Source of the DNA: Chiloscyllium plagiosum
Lineage: Eukaryota
DNA length: 64,000 nucleotides
NCBI RefSeq assembly: GCF_004010195.1
Contig: NC_057711.1
Coordinates: forward strand, 83,050,659-83,114,658
Direction: 5' to 3'
Position 1 is the stretch's first letter; the number at the start of each line of letters is the position of its first letter. Shown here piece after piece: positions 12,050 to 24,622 of the stretch. Under the pieces are notes generated by a model that did not search any database, was not told where the DNA came from, and saw only the letters and a program-made list of their open reading frames with translations. The position numbers and the translations under genes are program-made.

Positions 12050-13400
12050 TCCCTATCAAAATACCTTTTCAGCATTTTCACATGACACACTCTGTGAGAT
12101 TTCTTCCTGTCTGGAGTCCTTATTAAGTAGTTCACCTCACTCAATTTCATCTCAATTTAATAAGATCCACTAAACCTTGCTTTTAAAGGCTCACCTATCA
12201 CTGGAAGTAACACCAATACCTTATCCCCAATTGCAAAATTGTGAATTTGTGATTTCTCATCTGCTTCCTATTTCATTGTATGCTGTGATAATTCTAAATG
12301 CTGTCTAGCCAATTCTCCAGCTCTATTTACTCTCTAAAATTTGACACAAAGTCCAAATGGGTGGTCTCTGAATTCTGACTTATTAATTTCTCCTTAATAA
12401 ATTTTAATGGTCCTTTTACTTCATACCCAAAAATTAATTCAAATGGACTGAATTTGGTCGATTCATTCGGTGCATCTCTGATTGCAAAAAGTACAAATGG
12501 AATTCCCTTATCCCAATCATCTGGATAATCCTGACCATAAGCCCTCAGCATGGTCTTTAATGTTTGATGCCATCTTGCTAGCATTCCTTGCGATTCTGGA
12601 TGGTATGCAGTAGATTTGAATTGCTTTATTCCCAAGTTATCAATAATCTTCTTGAATAGTTTGAATGTGAAGTTTGATCCTTGATCTGACTGGATCTCTA
12701 TTGGTAGTCTGTATCTAGTAAAAAAATTAAGTAATTCTTCTACCATCCTTTTAGCTGTGATGTTGCGTAATGGGATTGCCTTTGCAAATCTAGTCAACAC
12801 ATCCATTATTGTTAATAAATACTATTCCCACTTTTTGTTTGAGATAGGGGACCTATGCAATCAATCAAGATTCTTGAGCAAGTTTCCTGAAATGCTGGAA
12901 TAGGTACTAAAGGTGCAGGTTTTATTACTGCCTGTGGTTTTCCGATTAGCTGACATGTATGACAGGGTAAAAGTGAGGACTGCAGATGCTGGAAATCAGA
13001 GTCTAGATTAGAGTGGTGCTGGAAAAGCACAGCAGGTCAGGCAGTATTCGAGGAGCAGGCAAATCGACATTTCAGGCAAAAGCCTTTCATCACTGACACG
13101 TATGACATGTCTGGCAAAATTCAACTACATCCTTGTGGAGTCCAGGCCAGTAAAAATGTCTTTGTATTTTAGCCTGTGTTTTCCTCAACCCCTAAATGAC
13201 CTGCAAGTGGTAGTTCGTGTGCAACTTGCAGCACATCCTTTCTATACCTTACTGGCACAACAATTTGATGAATCTCCACCTATTTCTCATTTGCTTGAAT
13301 GTGTGATGGTCTCCATTTCCTCATTAAGACATCATTTGTTAAGTAATAACACACAGGAATGCATTCACTTTCTTTCTCTGCAAATGTTTTTTGATATAAC
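12050..13400 (-). pseudogene. Gypsy integrase (zinc-binding region, rve core, C-terminal region), disrupted
   Basis: CHTCQLIGKP, RILIDCIGPL, IQSDQGSNF, STAYHPESQG.L.RWHQTLK.ML, FSPFELIFG. Confidence 0.9.
12965..13092 (-). mobile_element. Hammerhead-bearing PLE-derived mini-element inserted in the integrase, 15-bp TSD
   Basis: TSD ctgaca(t/c)gtatgaca at 12950-12964 and 13093-13107. Minus strand starts tgatgaaaggcttttgcctgaaatgtcga. Confidence 0.85.
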
Positions 13401-13695
13401 TGTTTTAAGTTTTCATCTTTCTGCTGTAATTCAATCAGCATAGCAGAGCTAAAGATATTTGCATGTTTACCTATTTGCTCCTTCTCTGTTCCACTTTATC
13501 AGAAACTTCCTTTGATCAGATATGTCAGCTTCCTTATTTGTGCCTTTTGATCCCTCCTGCTTTAGCTTGTGTCTCTGCGATCTTGTGATCACACAATCAG
13601 GGAAAACTCCTGGATAAACATTCTCCATGTCTTCAGTTGCTGCATCTCCACTGGCCTTTCAACTAGAGTAGGCAGCACGCCTACCAGTGAATCAG

Positions 13696-15366
13696 TTATA
13701 TTATCTGCAAGGACACATTGTATTCCTGGAGCTGAGAGTTTGTCCAGTACTCCAATTCTCCACCCTTCTCTGGACTCTCTTGCCTCACTTTACATAATTG
13801 AGCACTTTTTGTCTCACCATGAATTCCTGTTACCAGTACCTTTTCTGGCAATAGTCCCTCAGCATTGCATATCTCCTCATCCTTCAGCATTACAGACTGA
13901 GAGGATCCTGTGTCCCTTAATATTGTAATCTCCTTACCTACTGCTCCCTGCCTATGTGAATAAGCTTTACCCTTGCGTGTATATGTTTTAAGCAGATCTG
14001 GCACTTCCTCCTCAATCAACCTCTGATCATCTTCTACACTCTGAGGCAGTTGTTTAACTTCCCTTGTGTATTTTGTTACTAGTCCAAAAAAACTTCTAGG
14101 CTTGTCTGGTTTTCCTACAGCTGGCTTTATCCTCGCCCACCAACACTGTGATTTTGTGTGGCCCACTTTATTACAATGAAAACACTGGAGCCTTTTAACT
14201 TCTTTGTCCCCCTCAAGGGTTTCATTTTTACCCTGTGGTAAGTTATCCTTATGATCTTTACTGCGATCTACCTTTCCCTTTCCACATGAAGATTTCTCTT
14301 TCCCCCAATATCTATCCCTCATGGACTGAAATTAATTCTAGAAGCCAAACTGAGTTTTATGGACCAGCTCATAATCATCAGCCACTTCAGCTGATAACCT
14401 TACTATTTTAACTCTCTGCTCTTCCACATGAGTCCGCACTACTTCAGGCAGTGAATTTTTGAATTCCTCCAAAATAATTACCTCTCTTAGGGCATCATAG
14501 GTTTGCTCGATTTTTAAAGCTCTTATCCATCTATCAAAATTACTCTGTTTGATCCTTTCAAACTCAATATAGGTTTGACCAGGGTCCCTCCTTAGATTCC
14601 TGAAATGGTGTCTGTAAGCTTCTGGTACAAGCTCATATGTACTTCAAATGGTTTTTTCACCTCCTCACATTCCTCAGATACCTCTTCTGATAAGGATGCA
14701 AATACCTCACTAGTCCTACCTGCAAGTTTTGTTTGGATCAACAAAACCCACATTGCTACTGCATTTGTGTTGTCACCTTTTCAAATTAGATGAAAAAGAC
14801 TTCCACATCCTTCTCATCAAATTTAGGCAATGCTTGAACATACTTAAACAGTTTCTGACTGGGCTTCTGACTACCAGGGCCTTGCTCATTCTCACTCTCT
14901 TCCTCACTAAGCCTACCCTCAGCGTTTAATTCCAGCCTTTTAAGCTGCCTTTCCTTTTTAAGTGTCAATTTTTGAAGTTCAAAAAATCTCTTTTTTTTAT
15001 TTCTCTGTTCTCTCTTTTTCCCTCTCTTCTGTTGCTTTCTCTCTCTCTTTTGCTGCTCTCTCTTTGTCCGTCTCTTCTGCTTTTAATCATGATTCAATCT
15101 GTTTCATTTCTGCTGCTCTTGCCTCTTACTCAAGCTGCTTCATTTGTAATTGAATTCTTGCCATCTCTATAAATGCTGATGTTTTCTCTAGCAAGTTTAA
15201 ATGCTGAGTTCCTGCTATAATTATCTCTCCTTTCCTCACAGAAGCTGACAGTTCCAATTCCAGCTTCTCTGTTAATTCCTGCAACTTGGTTTTATTCACT
15301 TTTTGCGAAACTTCCCAATGTCACCACGTCCACTTCCAGAACACTTTTGGCAACTGAAAGAGCCAT
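13696..15366 (-). pseudogene. Gypsy gag (capsid/SCAN-like region, CCHC knuckle) and aspartic protease
   Basis: ATG at 15366 (MALSVAKSVLEV), LPKFDEKDVEVFFI, CFHCNKVGHTKSQC, ILRDTGSSQS. Confidence 0.88.
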
Positions 15367-15467
15367 TCCTATTCCATGCTTTGTCTACCCCAACCGAACC
15401 TACGCCCAAAATAAAGACACTAGCACCTACCACTCACTGTATAAAATCCTACAAATAATCCCCAAAC

Positions 15468-16113
15468 TGTTACGGACTAGGCCAGACCACTCAAACCATT
15501 CTTAAGCAGGCAGCCCAGACTGTAACTTTGCAATTTGTTTTGGTAAGTGTACAGTGAAAATTACCCGGAGTAAGTTAGCTAGGTTGACTACTAGATTTTA
15601 AACCAGACAAAAATGTATTCACAAAATTACAGAATGAAACACAAAGAACAGAATAAAGAACCCCTACAGAAGTCAGTGTATCCAAACTGGACTTAAGTAT
15701 GCTGTTCCGAATATACACAACAGTCCCAATAAGCAAACTCCCTTTAAAACCCAGTATAAATGGAACACATGCTTACAGGTTGAAGTTGAAGGGCAGAAAG
15801 AGAGAGAGAGAGAGAGTTTCCACACAGCTCACTGTTGAACTCCTCACCAATTTAAGACTGAACTAAACTGCTCAGCTAGAGAGTTGACCACTCCCCTTTC
15901 CTTATACTGGTCACTTCTAAAACATGACCACTTTGGCCTGAAGTCTGATCTGTTTACATATAAAAAAGCCTCTCAAAATCTTTATTATCTCTGTACCAAA
16001 CCAGACTGATTGGAGCCTGGCCAGATTTAATATCACTCTGAAAAAAATCAAGGACACAGTATCCTTGAGCCAAGAAACAGCTTTTAGAAGAAAAAAGGGC
16101 TAGCTTTGTGACA
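15468..16113 (-). repeat. 5' LTR
   Basis: tgttacgg...tgtgaca termini; direct repeat of 8031-8678. Confidence 0.92.
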
Positions 16114-16232
16114 ACCTTATCCTCCCTATAGCTCAAACCTTCCAACTCTGTAACATCCTTGTAATTTTTTTCTGAACCTTTCCAAGTTTCACAACATCCT
16201 TCCTATAGGAAGGAGACCAGAATTGCACACAT
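16114..16232 (-). mobile_element. CR1 RT 3' fragment
   Basis: CVQFWSPSYRKDVVKLGKVQKKITRML; matches 27135-27250. Confidence 0.75.
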
Positions 16233-17249
16233 CTGCACAAAATCTTATCCGCTGTCATTTTGATGAATTTTGGAGGTATCGTTGAACTATAGAAAATCTT
16301 TGTGTAGAAGTATAGTCCCATGCATATGTTTATTTTGATTTTTTTAATTGATTTTTGATCCTTGTTAAGCATTGACAGAGGATAAGTCCAATATAATGAA
16401 TGGATTTGATTACATGCCATACAAACCTTTGAAGTTCATTAATGGAAACTACTCATCATCCACTACCTGGTTGATTGCGATTTTAGAGTCTCTGCTCTAG
16501 GAACATGCATAATTTTTCAGATTTAGAAACAAAACTGAAGTAAAAATTGGATTAATGTAACTGGAATACCTGGACAATTGAGCTATTCAACACAATGATG
16601 ATTCCTAGAAGCAAATCGAGGGCAGATTCAAGACTGAATGGCACTGAAAATCTTTTGATTTAAGGAATTCTACCTGGCAAAAGTTCTCTGATTGAGAGAA
16701 GTAAGTGATCTCTCTCTCTGCCCGCACCCCCACTCCCCCCTCTCATTCACCGATCTCTGTATGGGGAAAGAGACAGAAAATCCGAGTTTTTAAATGAAAG
16801 AATCCATTCAAATTGTATAAATGCATAAAAGCCTTATCCATTCAAAAAAAAAATGCCTAAGTTCACCTCACCAACCATCACTGGACATATTTGTTAAACT
16901 GTTTGCCTTTTGTTTATCGTAATTGTGTTCGAGTCGATGTGTGTTTGGAGTTTTGGAAGGAGTAAAATTTAAGGTGAATAAATTATAAGTGTGTTCTTTG
17001 TTCTCATTAAAGTTACTTGTATATCACAACAAATTGATTTTTATTTTATTGTTCCTGAAACACCTGCTGTGATTTGCTGTTGTCCTGGGTACCAGTCAGT
17101 CAGGCAAATTGGGTTTTAGTGATCTTAAGGTCTTTATGCATTTATACATTTTGGGATGACTTAAAGAATAGTTGGAAATGAGTATTAGCATAGTTTTCAG
17201 AGTTAGGTCATGACACTGCATAATCTGACACTTTTGTTTGGTTTTTGCA

Positions 17250-19450
17250 TTACTACAATAGGTGTTGTCAATCACTATAGTTAATTTTCAACAAGACACC
17301 TTTTCTGTCTGGCTTCTTCAGCCTCTCTTTAACCAGAATTTTGATGGCATAAGGGAATGACCTAGTTCAGCAATGGGATTGTTTTGTATTGAGCCTGAGT
17401 TGAAGATGTGCTTTCTCGACAATTTATGTCTCTTTGGCTGTCCTTGAACATAATACTCCAGCTATTCAATAACTAATCAAGCTTCATTGTAATCTCAACT
17501 TGGAAACATGTATCCAATCTAACTTTAGCTTCAATGTCAGTCTTTGCCCATTAATATTGGTTTGTTGATTTATGTTGCTGATATATTATTATTTTGATGT
17601 GTTGGACCAGTTTCAATAATTCTCAAAGACTGCTGGTTGCAAAACAGTCTAACTTTATTGATCATTATGGGAACACTTCCTTACATTTGTTTCTGCCCAA
17701 ATTTGCTCTCCTAGAATCACAGATGACATGAGTGCATGCCACTTCCTCCAATAACATTGCTGATTATTCCAGTTAACCTTGAGAAGAGACTTAATCCAAC
17801 ATATTTCATCATACTGCACTAGCCCAATGCTGCCTCTGATCTCTCTCTCTCCATCCCTCTCTACTTCAGATTCTCTCACTTGCTTGCAGGAGATCTACAG
17901 CTACTTATTGCCATCCAAGTCTCAATTTGTACACACTTGTTGGTGTCAATTTGTTTGGAGCTAAACTTCTCCCACTGGTTGAACATTCAGCAGTGTAAGT
18001 AACACTTGCAGTAAGTGCTGGAAGCTTACTTTTCTCGTTCATATATGTGGAGTTGATTGTGGGTATCATTTCTCATTTCTCGTAGCATTCTGCAGCCATT
18101 CTGTTCTCATATAATCTCTGATCACTTGAATATACATCTGTTTGTCCCCTGTTCTCATAGACTGTTACAGAAATTCTTTGATGCGATTTAGTCTAACATT
18201 CTTCATTAAACTAGAGCTACACAGTCAGCGACTTGACAAAAAATGGCCTTACGTTGAAGTATTCCATTTGTGCATTGATTGATAACATTTCACTTGGGTA
18301 AGTTTCAACTGAATTGTGCTCTTATCTGGAGATATATCACTGAATTTGCTCTCATTCGTATCTGTACTCAATTTAGAGAACTATTTAGCAATACTAATGC
18401 ACATGTTGATGCTTTGCTGACTTACAAATGTCCCTGTCATTTGATTTGGAGATGCTGGTGTTGGACTGGGGTGTACAAAGTTAAAAATCACACAACACCA
18501 CGTTATAGTCCAACAGGTTTAATTGGAAGCACTAGCTGAAGGAGCGGCGCTCTGAAAGCTAATGCTTCCAATTAAACCTGTTGGACTATAATATGGTGTT
18601 GTGTGATGTTTAACCCTGTCATTTGAGTGAGTGATTACTAGTGGTGCAAATGTTGAATAGCTTTACCTCCTCTTGTCTTAGGCACTCCGATTTCACTTCA
18701 AGATTAACGTCACCACGCTTGTAACATTGCTGTTTTCTTTTACCATTGTAACGGGTTCTTTTTTCTGCTTTGCTTGTTGTTCAGCAACAGTCGCCTTTCT
18801 GTGGCAATTAAACTATTTTCTGTACTCCCATGCCAGTGCATGTCGTTGCCATTCCAACAATATCAAACACCAAACCGCTATCAACAGCATCTATCTGACT
18901 GGTTTTCCCTACTCCAGGCTTGGTGGAAACCTTTTACTTGTGACAAATGACGTGCTAGTCACTTGCATAGGATAGAGTTCCAAAGTACCCTTGATGTGAA
19001 GTTCATCAAAAAGAGATATCTTACACATTACCTCAAATGTAAAACTGTGTGTGTTCAGTAACTTCATTTAGGTTCTTTCATCCACTAATTCACATACAAA
19101 TCTGTCTCTTAATATACAGTCTATGAGTGTTCAAAAGCTACAAAATTATTCAGTGCCATAATGTACTCAACAAATGTTTTGCTGCTTTTCTAATTTTTAT
19201 GTTCCAGATGAGTAGGATTCAAAACATGCCACTCTTGTTCAGTAACTCATCTTTTGCTTAGCTGGCAACAAGCTAATGGAAGAATGGGCTAATCTCCATC
19301 AGTAAAATTGCTTTTTTGCACTAAAGAATTGTTTTATTCTGAGAACTGACCTCTTCATTTTCTCCTTCAAGTTCCAATATATTAGTAAACTGAACAACAT
19401 GTTAATTCTTAATATATATATGAATTGAGTCATTCTTGATCACTCTCATA
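17250..19450 (-). mobile_element. Highly decayed Gypsy pol (RNase H/integrase) relic
   Basis: Weak motifs on minus (QIDAVDSGL; ...QPVGEV/PWEK-like region; IKSLLK...LGEQIW); many stops. Confidence 0.4.
18445..18613. mobile_element. Fold-back PLE-derived mini-element with degenerate hammerhead, 13-bp TSD
   Basis: TSD ccctgtcatttga at 18432-18444 and 18614-18626. Inverted arms surround tgaaggagcggcgctctgaaagct. Confidence 0.8.
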
Positions 19451-19810
19451 TATGCTGTGCCTTCTGATGCATGCCGTGGGTGGAGCCCTATTGGACTTCA
19501 CAATTCCATGTCCTTTTTACAATCAATCCTCCAAACCATGACCACAGCAATGTCACTGTTCTTTGACAGACCAGCTTGGTGGAGTTAAGTCACTCTCTGT
19601 AAAGGCATAGATGAAGTATCTGATATCCTATTTAAAGTGGTAAGTATCTCCTGTCTGGCCATGGTCAGGGGCCACATTTATTTCTTATATAAATTCATGG
19701 GATGGCCATCACTGGCTAGATTAGCTTTAACTGTCCATCATTAATCTCCTGCAAAGATACTGGGGAGCTGCTTATTAAACAGCTGCAATTCTTGGAGTAT
19801 AGTTATACCC

Positions 19811-19907
19811 GGGAGAAAGTAAACACTGCAGATGCTGGAGATTAGAGTCGAGAGTGTGGGTGCTGGAAAAGCACAGCAGGTCAGGCAGCATCCAAAGAGC
19901 AGGAGAT
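19811..19907 (-). mobile_element. PLE-derived mini-element truncated before the hammerhead core
   Basis: ctgcagatgctggaga...gctggaaaagcacagcaggtcaggcagcatcc, as in 12965-13092; imperfect flanking repeat ata(gt/ag)tataccc. Confidence 0.7.
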
Positions 19908-20707
19908 AAGTATACCCATGTGCGTGTAAAAGTGTACCCACGGTGTGATTAGGAAGAGAGTTCCAGGATTTTGACTTAGCGACATTGAAGGAATGGCAAT
20001 ACACTTGCAAATTAAATAACTTGGGGATTTTTCAGGTGGTGATGTTTCCATGCATCAGCTGCTCTTGTCCTAGATGTTCAAGGTCACATGTTTGGAAAGT
20101 GCTGTCAGAGTTACTACAGTGCGTCTTATAGATGGCATACTCTGCCTACCACTATGTGTTGGTGGTGAAGGGAGAGAATGTTGAAGGTAGTGAGTGGGTT
20201 GCCAATCAAGTAGGCTGTTAAGTCAAGCTTTTTTAATATTGTTTGAGTTGACTCATCCTGACAAGCATAAAATATTCCAACATACTCCTGACTTATGTCT
20301 TTCGATGGTGGAAAGGCTTTGGGGAGCCAGGAGGTGAATTACTCACCAGAGAATTACTAGCCTCTTACCTGCTCTTGTAGCCATGGCTTTTACAGTGCAG
20401 TTTCTGGAAATGAAAATTTCCAGTATATTGATAGTGGGGATTCAACACCGATAATGCCTTTGAATGTCATGGTTAGATTCTCTGTTGTGGGAGATGAGTA
20501 TTGTTGGACACTTGTGTGGCGTGCATGCTACTTGCCTCTTATCAGACAAGGATGTTGTCCAGGTCTTGCTGCATATAAACATAGACTGCTTGAGTACTTG
20601 TGTCACAAATGGTGCTGAATATTGTGCAAACATCAATGAACAGCCCCACTTCATCCTGATGATGCAGGGAAAGTTATTGCTAAAACAACCAACATGGTTG
20701 TGCGATC

Positions 20708-20860
20708 AGTAGCTCAGTTATCTCAGGTAGCTGGTTAGTGATACAGAATGGCACCAACAATATGGTTCAATTCCCATATCAGCTGAGATTACCATGACTC
20801 TTCCTGTCACCTTGCTTGAGGTATAGTGACCACAGTCATCCCTCTCCAATTGGTGACTTT
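20708..20860 (+). mobile_element. Decayed tRNA-derived SINE
   Basis: gtagctcagt (A-box-like) and ggttcaattcc (B-box-like); related minus copy near 50150-50360. Confidence 0.45.
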
Positions 20861-23439
20861 TAAAGATGGCTCAGCCCAAGGTACTACCCTGAGGAATCTC
20901 TGCATTGATGATATGGAGCTGAGATGATTGACCTTCAACCACCATAAGCATTTTCCTTTGTACCAGACATGATTCCAACAGAGAGTTTTTCTGCAATTCC
21001 CATTGACTCTAGTTTTGCAAGGGCTCTTTCATGCCACATAATGTCAAGGCCAGTCACTATTGACTCACCTCAAGTTCAGCTCTTTCATTTAGGCTTTTAC
21101 CATGTGCTGTGGAGGCCTGATAGAACCCAAACTGAGTGTTAGTGAACTAGTTGTCTTTTTGCAAGTTCCACTTGTTAGTGCTGTGGAGGATCCCTTTTAT
21201 CACTCTTCTGATGAGCTTAAATTGATAGAGCGGTAATTAGTTGGCTTGAATTTCTCCTGTTTTATGTTGATGAGATGCACCTGGACAATGTTCTATATTG
21301 CTGAGTAAATGCCAGTATTGCAGCTTGATTAGCTCTCCCGATTTTGGCATAACCCCTCACATATTGATAAGGAGAACTTTGCAAGGTTGACAGGAATATG
21401 TTAGCTGTTTCCCTTCTGGTGCCTAGTGATACATGTGGTCCATTAGGTTTCATTTCTTCCTCTAATTTTCATCGTGGTTTTGTACACCTGAGTGGCATGA
21501 TGTGCCATTTCAGTTTACAGTTCAGAGTCACTCACAGGTTTGTGGTTCTTGAGTCATGTGTTGTCCAGACCAGGTGTGAAATGTGTGGGTTTTTACAATT
21601 GACAATCAGTATCTGATGCACTTTTTAACTCAGCAATGAGCTCTGTGGTTCAGTATCTGTCTGCAGGTGAACAGAGCTTAGAGCCAACTGTGTCCTTATC
21701 ACTGAGTCTCCAGCTACAACTGCTCATACTCACTCCTGAGAAGTGAATCACCAGCTGAAAACCCAACTTATTATCAAAGTGAACCAATGGAAATGCTGAG
21801 CTGGCACATGGCTGCATGTCATGGATGGTATAAGAAAAAGAAATAATAACCTTTGAGGAATTGTCATTATGCATGCCCTACAATACTGGCTTTACACACA
21901 AAGACCCTAGAAGTCAAGGGAAGAGATTTGCTTTCATGGTTTCAAAGTCATTATCACAACAATTACAACACATTGTTTTCACAATCATTAATGAAATGAA
22001 GTCAACATTTTTGCCAGACACTTTTGTAATTATGACACTAGGTATTTGTGAATCCTTGGTCTTCTCATGTATGTCACTTATCTCCAGGTCCTTCTCCTCT
22101 CAGCTACAAAGGAGCAAATTAACAGGCCTGTGAATGAGTGGAGGCCATGTACCCACCTCATGCATGTGATGATTTTGGAGAGAGAATGATTATAAAACAG
22201 AAGAATCCTTTTGTATGAGGGTTGGGTTGAAAATCAAAGGTTGGTGATAAATGAAGTGGTTATTAAATGCGTTGAAGGTGAAAATGGCTGCTGCTGAAAG
22301 TTGACTGGGTGTGAGTGGTGATTTTATGGAGAACATTACCAAATCAGCATAAATAGGTGTTTGTTTAAACCACGGGATCACATTAAATCAGCAAATTTCC
22401 TGAGTTTTCCTGTTCCTGGTTAGGTCATTCAAGCTCTCTCAGTTACATTCAACCATTACTTCTAGGCAAGAAGAACAGAGAAAAATATGGCTTTGATCTT
22501 CCCATCTGCATATATTTGCAGGAAGTACATTATTAAAAAAGTGTGCTGCACTCACACTTCCGGCAGTGTACTGAACACATACAATTTATGTTCAGACATT
22601 GTCCTTTTAAGTGCAGCTGGGATCATGTCAGGCAGGTATGTTTCGCCAGCTGTGAAGCTTGAAAACATGAAGCCTGGAAGTAAAAATTAGTTTCTTCAAT
22701 TAAATTATAATCACAAATTTCAAGCCAAAATTCACTCTTGGTTTTTACCATACCACTCCAGGACCCCTGCTCAGAAGATACCTGCTGAACATTACCTGGG
22801 CTAAAGTAGCTGAAATAGTAATGCTACATTCAATGCCCAATTTACTACAGGATTTCTATAATACTAACAAATCAACAATAGAAACCATTAATCTTTAAGA
22901 AAATGCCTGAATGTAACCTCCATCTGAGTAACTATTGTTTTGAATTAGTTACATAAAAATGTAGATTAACTGAAGTTTGTGGTCTTGTATTTGACATGTG
23001 TTTGCGATTAGCAGTAAACGTTCACTGACATAGATGCCAACAGGTGGGAAAGAACTGTGTTTCATACCAAATGAGCTGTCCAATTCCAGGCACAATTTAA
23101 TAGCTGTCACATGGAATTGAAAGGCCAAAACATTTGTTGGATGATCAGAAACTGGAAATGGCATATGTTCAGTCAGATCAAAGTTTTAATTTTGCCATAC
23201 TTATGCTCAGAGCTTTTTAAACTTTACATACTGGATAAAAGGGTTAGAAAAATACTAATAAAAGAAAGCAAGATATTGCGGATGTTGGTAATCTGAAGCC
23301 AGAAATAGCAAAGGCTGGAAACTGTCAACAAAGCACAATATAAATATGGATAAGATGTCTTCCAGTGTGTATTCTATCACAGAATTGTGAAAGGTCTATT
23401 TCAGAATGTTTCTTCTGTTCTTGCCACAGATTCTGCCTA

Positions 23440-23610
23440 AGCATAGAGTTGTACAGCATCGAAACAAACCCATTGGTCCAACCAGTCTACAGCAAACATA
23501 ACCCCAAACTAAACTTATCCCACCTGCCTTTGGTTGGCCCACATCTCTCCAAACAGTTCTTATTCATGTACTTATCCAAAACTCTTTTAAATGTTGTAAC
23601 TGTACCCAGT
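23440..23610 (-). mobile_element. CR1 3' end
   Basis: GTVTTFKRVLDKYMNK plus the CR1 3' UTR. Confidence 0.8.
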
Positions 23611-24318
23611 TGAGAAGTTCCAGTGTTTTCTGTTTTTGTATGAAACTTGATAAACTTGTGAGCTCTTAGCAACAGTAGCATGTAGTCAGGAGTAAATATA
23701 TGCAAAAGGCTCTGGACACTGCTTGCCAATTGGCAAATCCTGTATTGCAAATGGATTTATAAATTACTAGGCCATGTTTTATATTGCCTGCAGGGTAAAA
23801 TGTGTTTTGTTTTAGATAATGTTTGTTTCTTGTGACTGCATACTCTATTGTGTCCAAACATAGATCAATTATGTTGATTACTGAAAGATAATCATTACTT
23901 AACCCAAGGGATTTTTCCTTTTGAGGCTCCCATCTGATGTTATTAAGAAAAGTTCCTGCCCCTGCCCTACCACACTGGGAGGAGTTTAATCATTGTTCTC
24001 AACAGTAGAACCAGGAGATGACACTACATTTGTTTTCATGTTCTGAAGTAAAATGCATACAATGCATATTAAGACATAAAGATCTGGCAGTGTGCATGCT
24101 ATAGGGACAGGATTCCATAGAGAATCCTGCCATTAAGTCAGGTTCAGCAGGGTTGGGCAAGATATACAATAGGAACCTGGACAAATTAATGAGGTACTGT
24201 TTCGAGGTCACAGATTCCAGTCCATCTCTGTTCATTCTGCAGTTTCATCAATTCATTTTCAACCTCTTTCAAATGTATCCCCAATCCTCCCAGTCCTTAT
24301 TTAAATATTGATCTGTGC

Positions 24319-24622
24319 ATGGTGGCACAGTGGTTAGCACTGCTGCCTCACAGCGCCAGAGACTCAGGTTCAATTCCCGACTCAGGCGACTGACTGACTG
24401 ACTGACTGACTGACTGTGTGGAGTTTGCACATTCTCCCCATGTCTGCGTGGGTTTCCTCCGGGTGCTCCGGTTTCCTCCCACAGTCCAAAGATGTGCAGG
24501 TCAGGTGAATTGGCCATGCTATATTGCCCGTAGTGTTAGGTAATAAGGGTGGGTTGCGCTTCGGCGGGTCGGTGTGGACTTGTTGGGCCAAAGGGCCTGT
24601 TTCCACACTGTAAGTAATCTAA
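24319..24622 (+). mobile_element. HE1-like V-SINE with internal (GACT)n expansion
   Basis: tggcacagtggttagc A box, ggttcaattcc B box, V-domain gtggagtttgcacattctcccc...gggtttcctccgggtgctccggtttcctccc, CR1-derived tail. Confidence 0.9.

Larger units (their letters stand above)
8031..16113 (-). mobile_element. Near-full-length decayed Gmr1-like Gypsy LTR retrotransposon
   Basis: Two similar about 650-bp LTRs, PPT, gag with CCHC knuckle, protease, integrase, RT and RNase H fragments in the order gag-PR-INT-RT-RH. Confidence 0.92.
19690..21430 (-). mobile_element. Old CR1/L2-clade LINE relic with nested short insertions
   Basis: Reverse-complement similarity to 53570-54720 (cagcagttcaag/gggcaattag-type tail, caagtcaggagt..tggaata region). 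Confidence 0.55.

Noticed and set aside
15450..15467. Primer-binding site of the Gypsy element
   Set aside because: Minus gtttggggattattt is in the right place but too degenerate to assign a tRNA.
16400..17215. Solo LTR (also suspected at 58160-58490 and 60700-61370)
   Set aside because: Only vague compositional cues and a ...tgaca end; no second copy, TSD or PBS/PPT visible.
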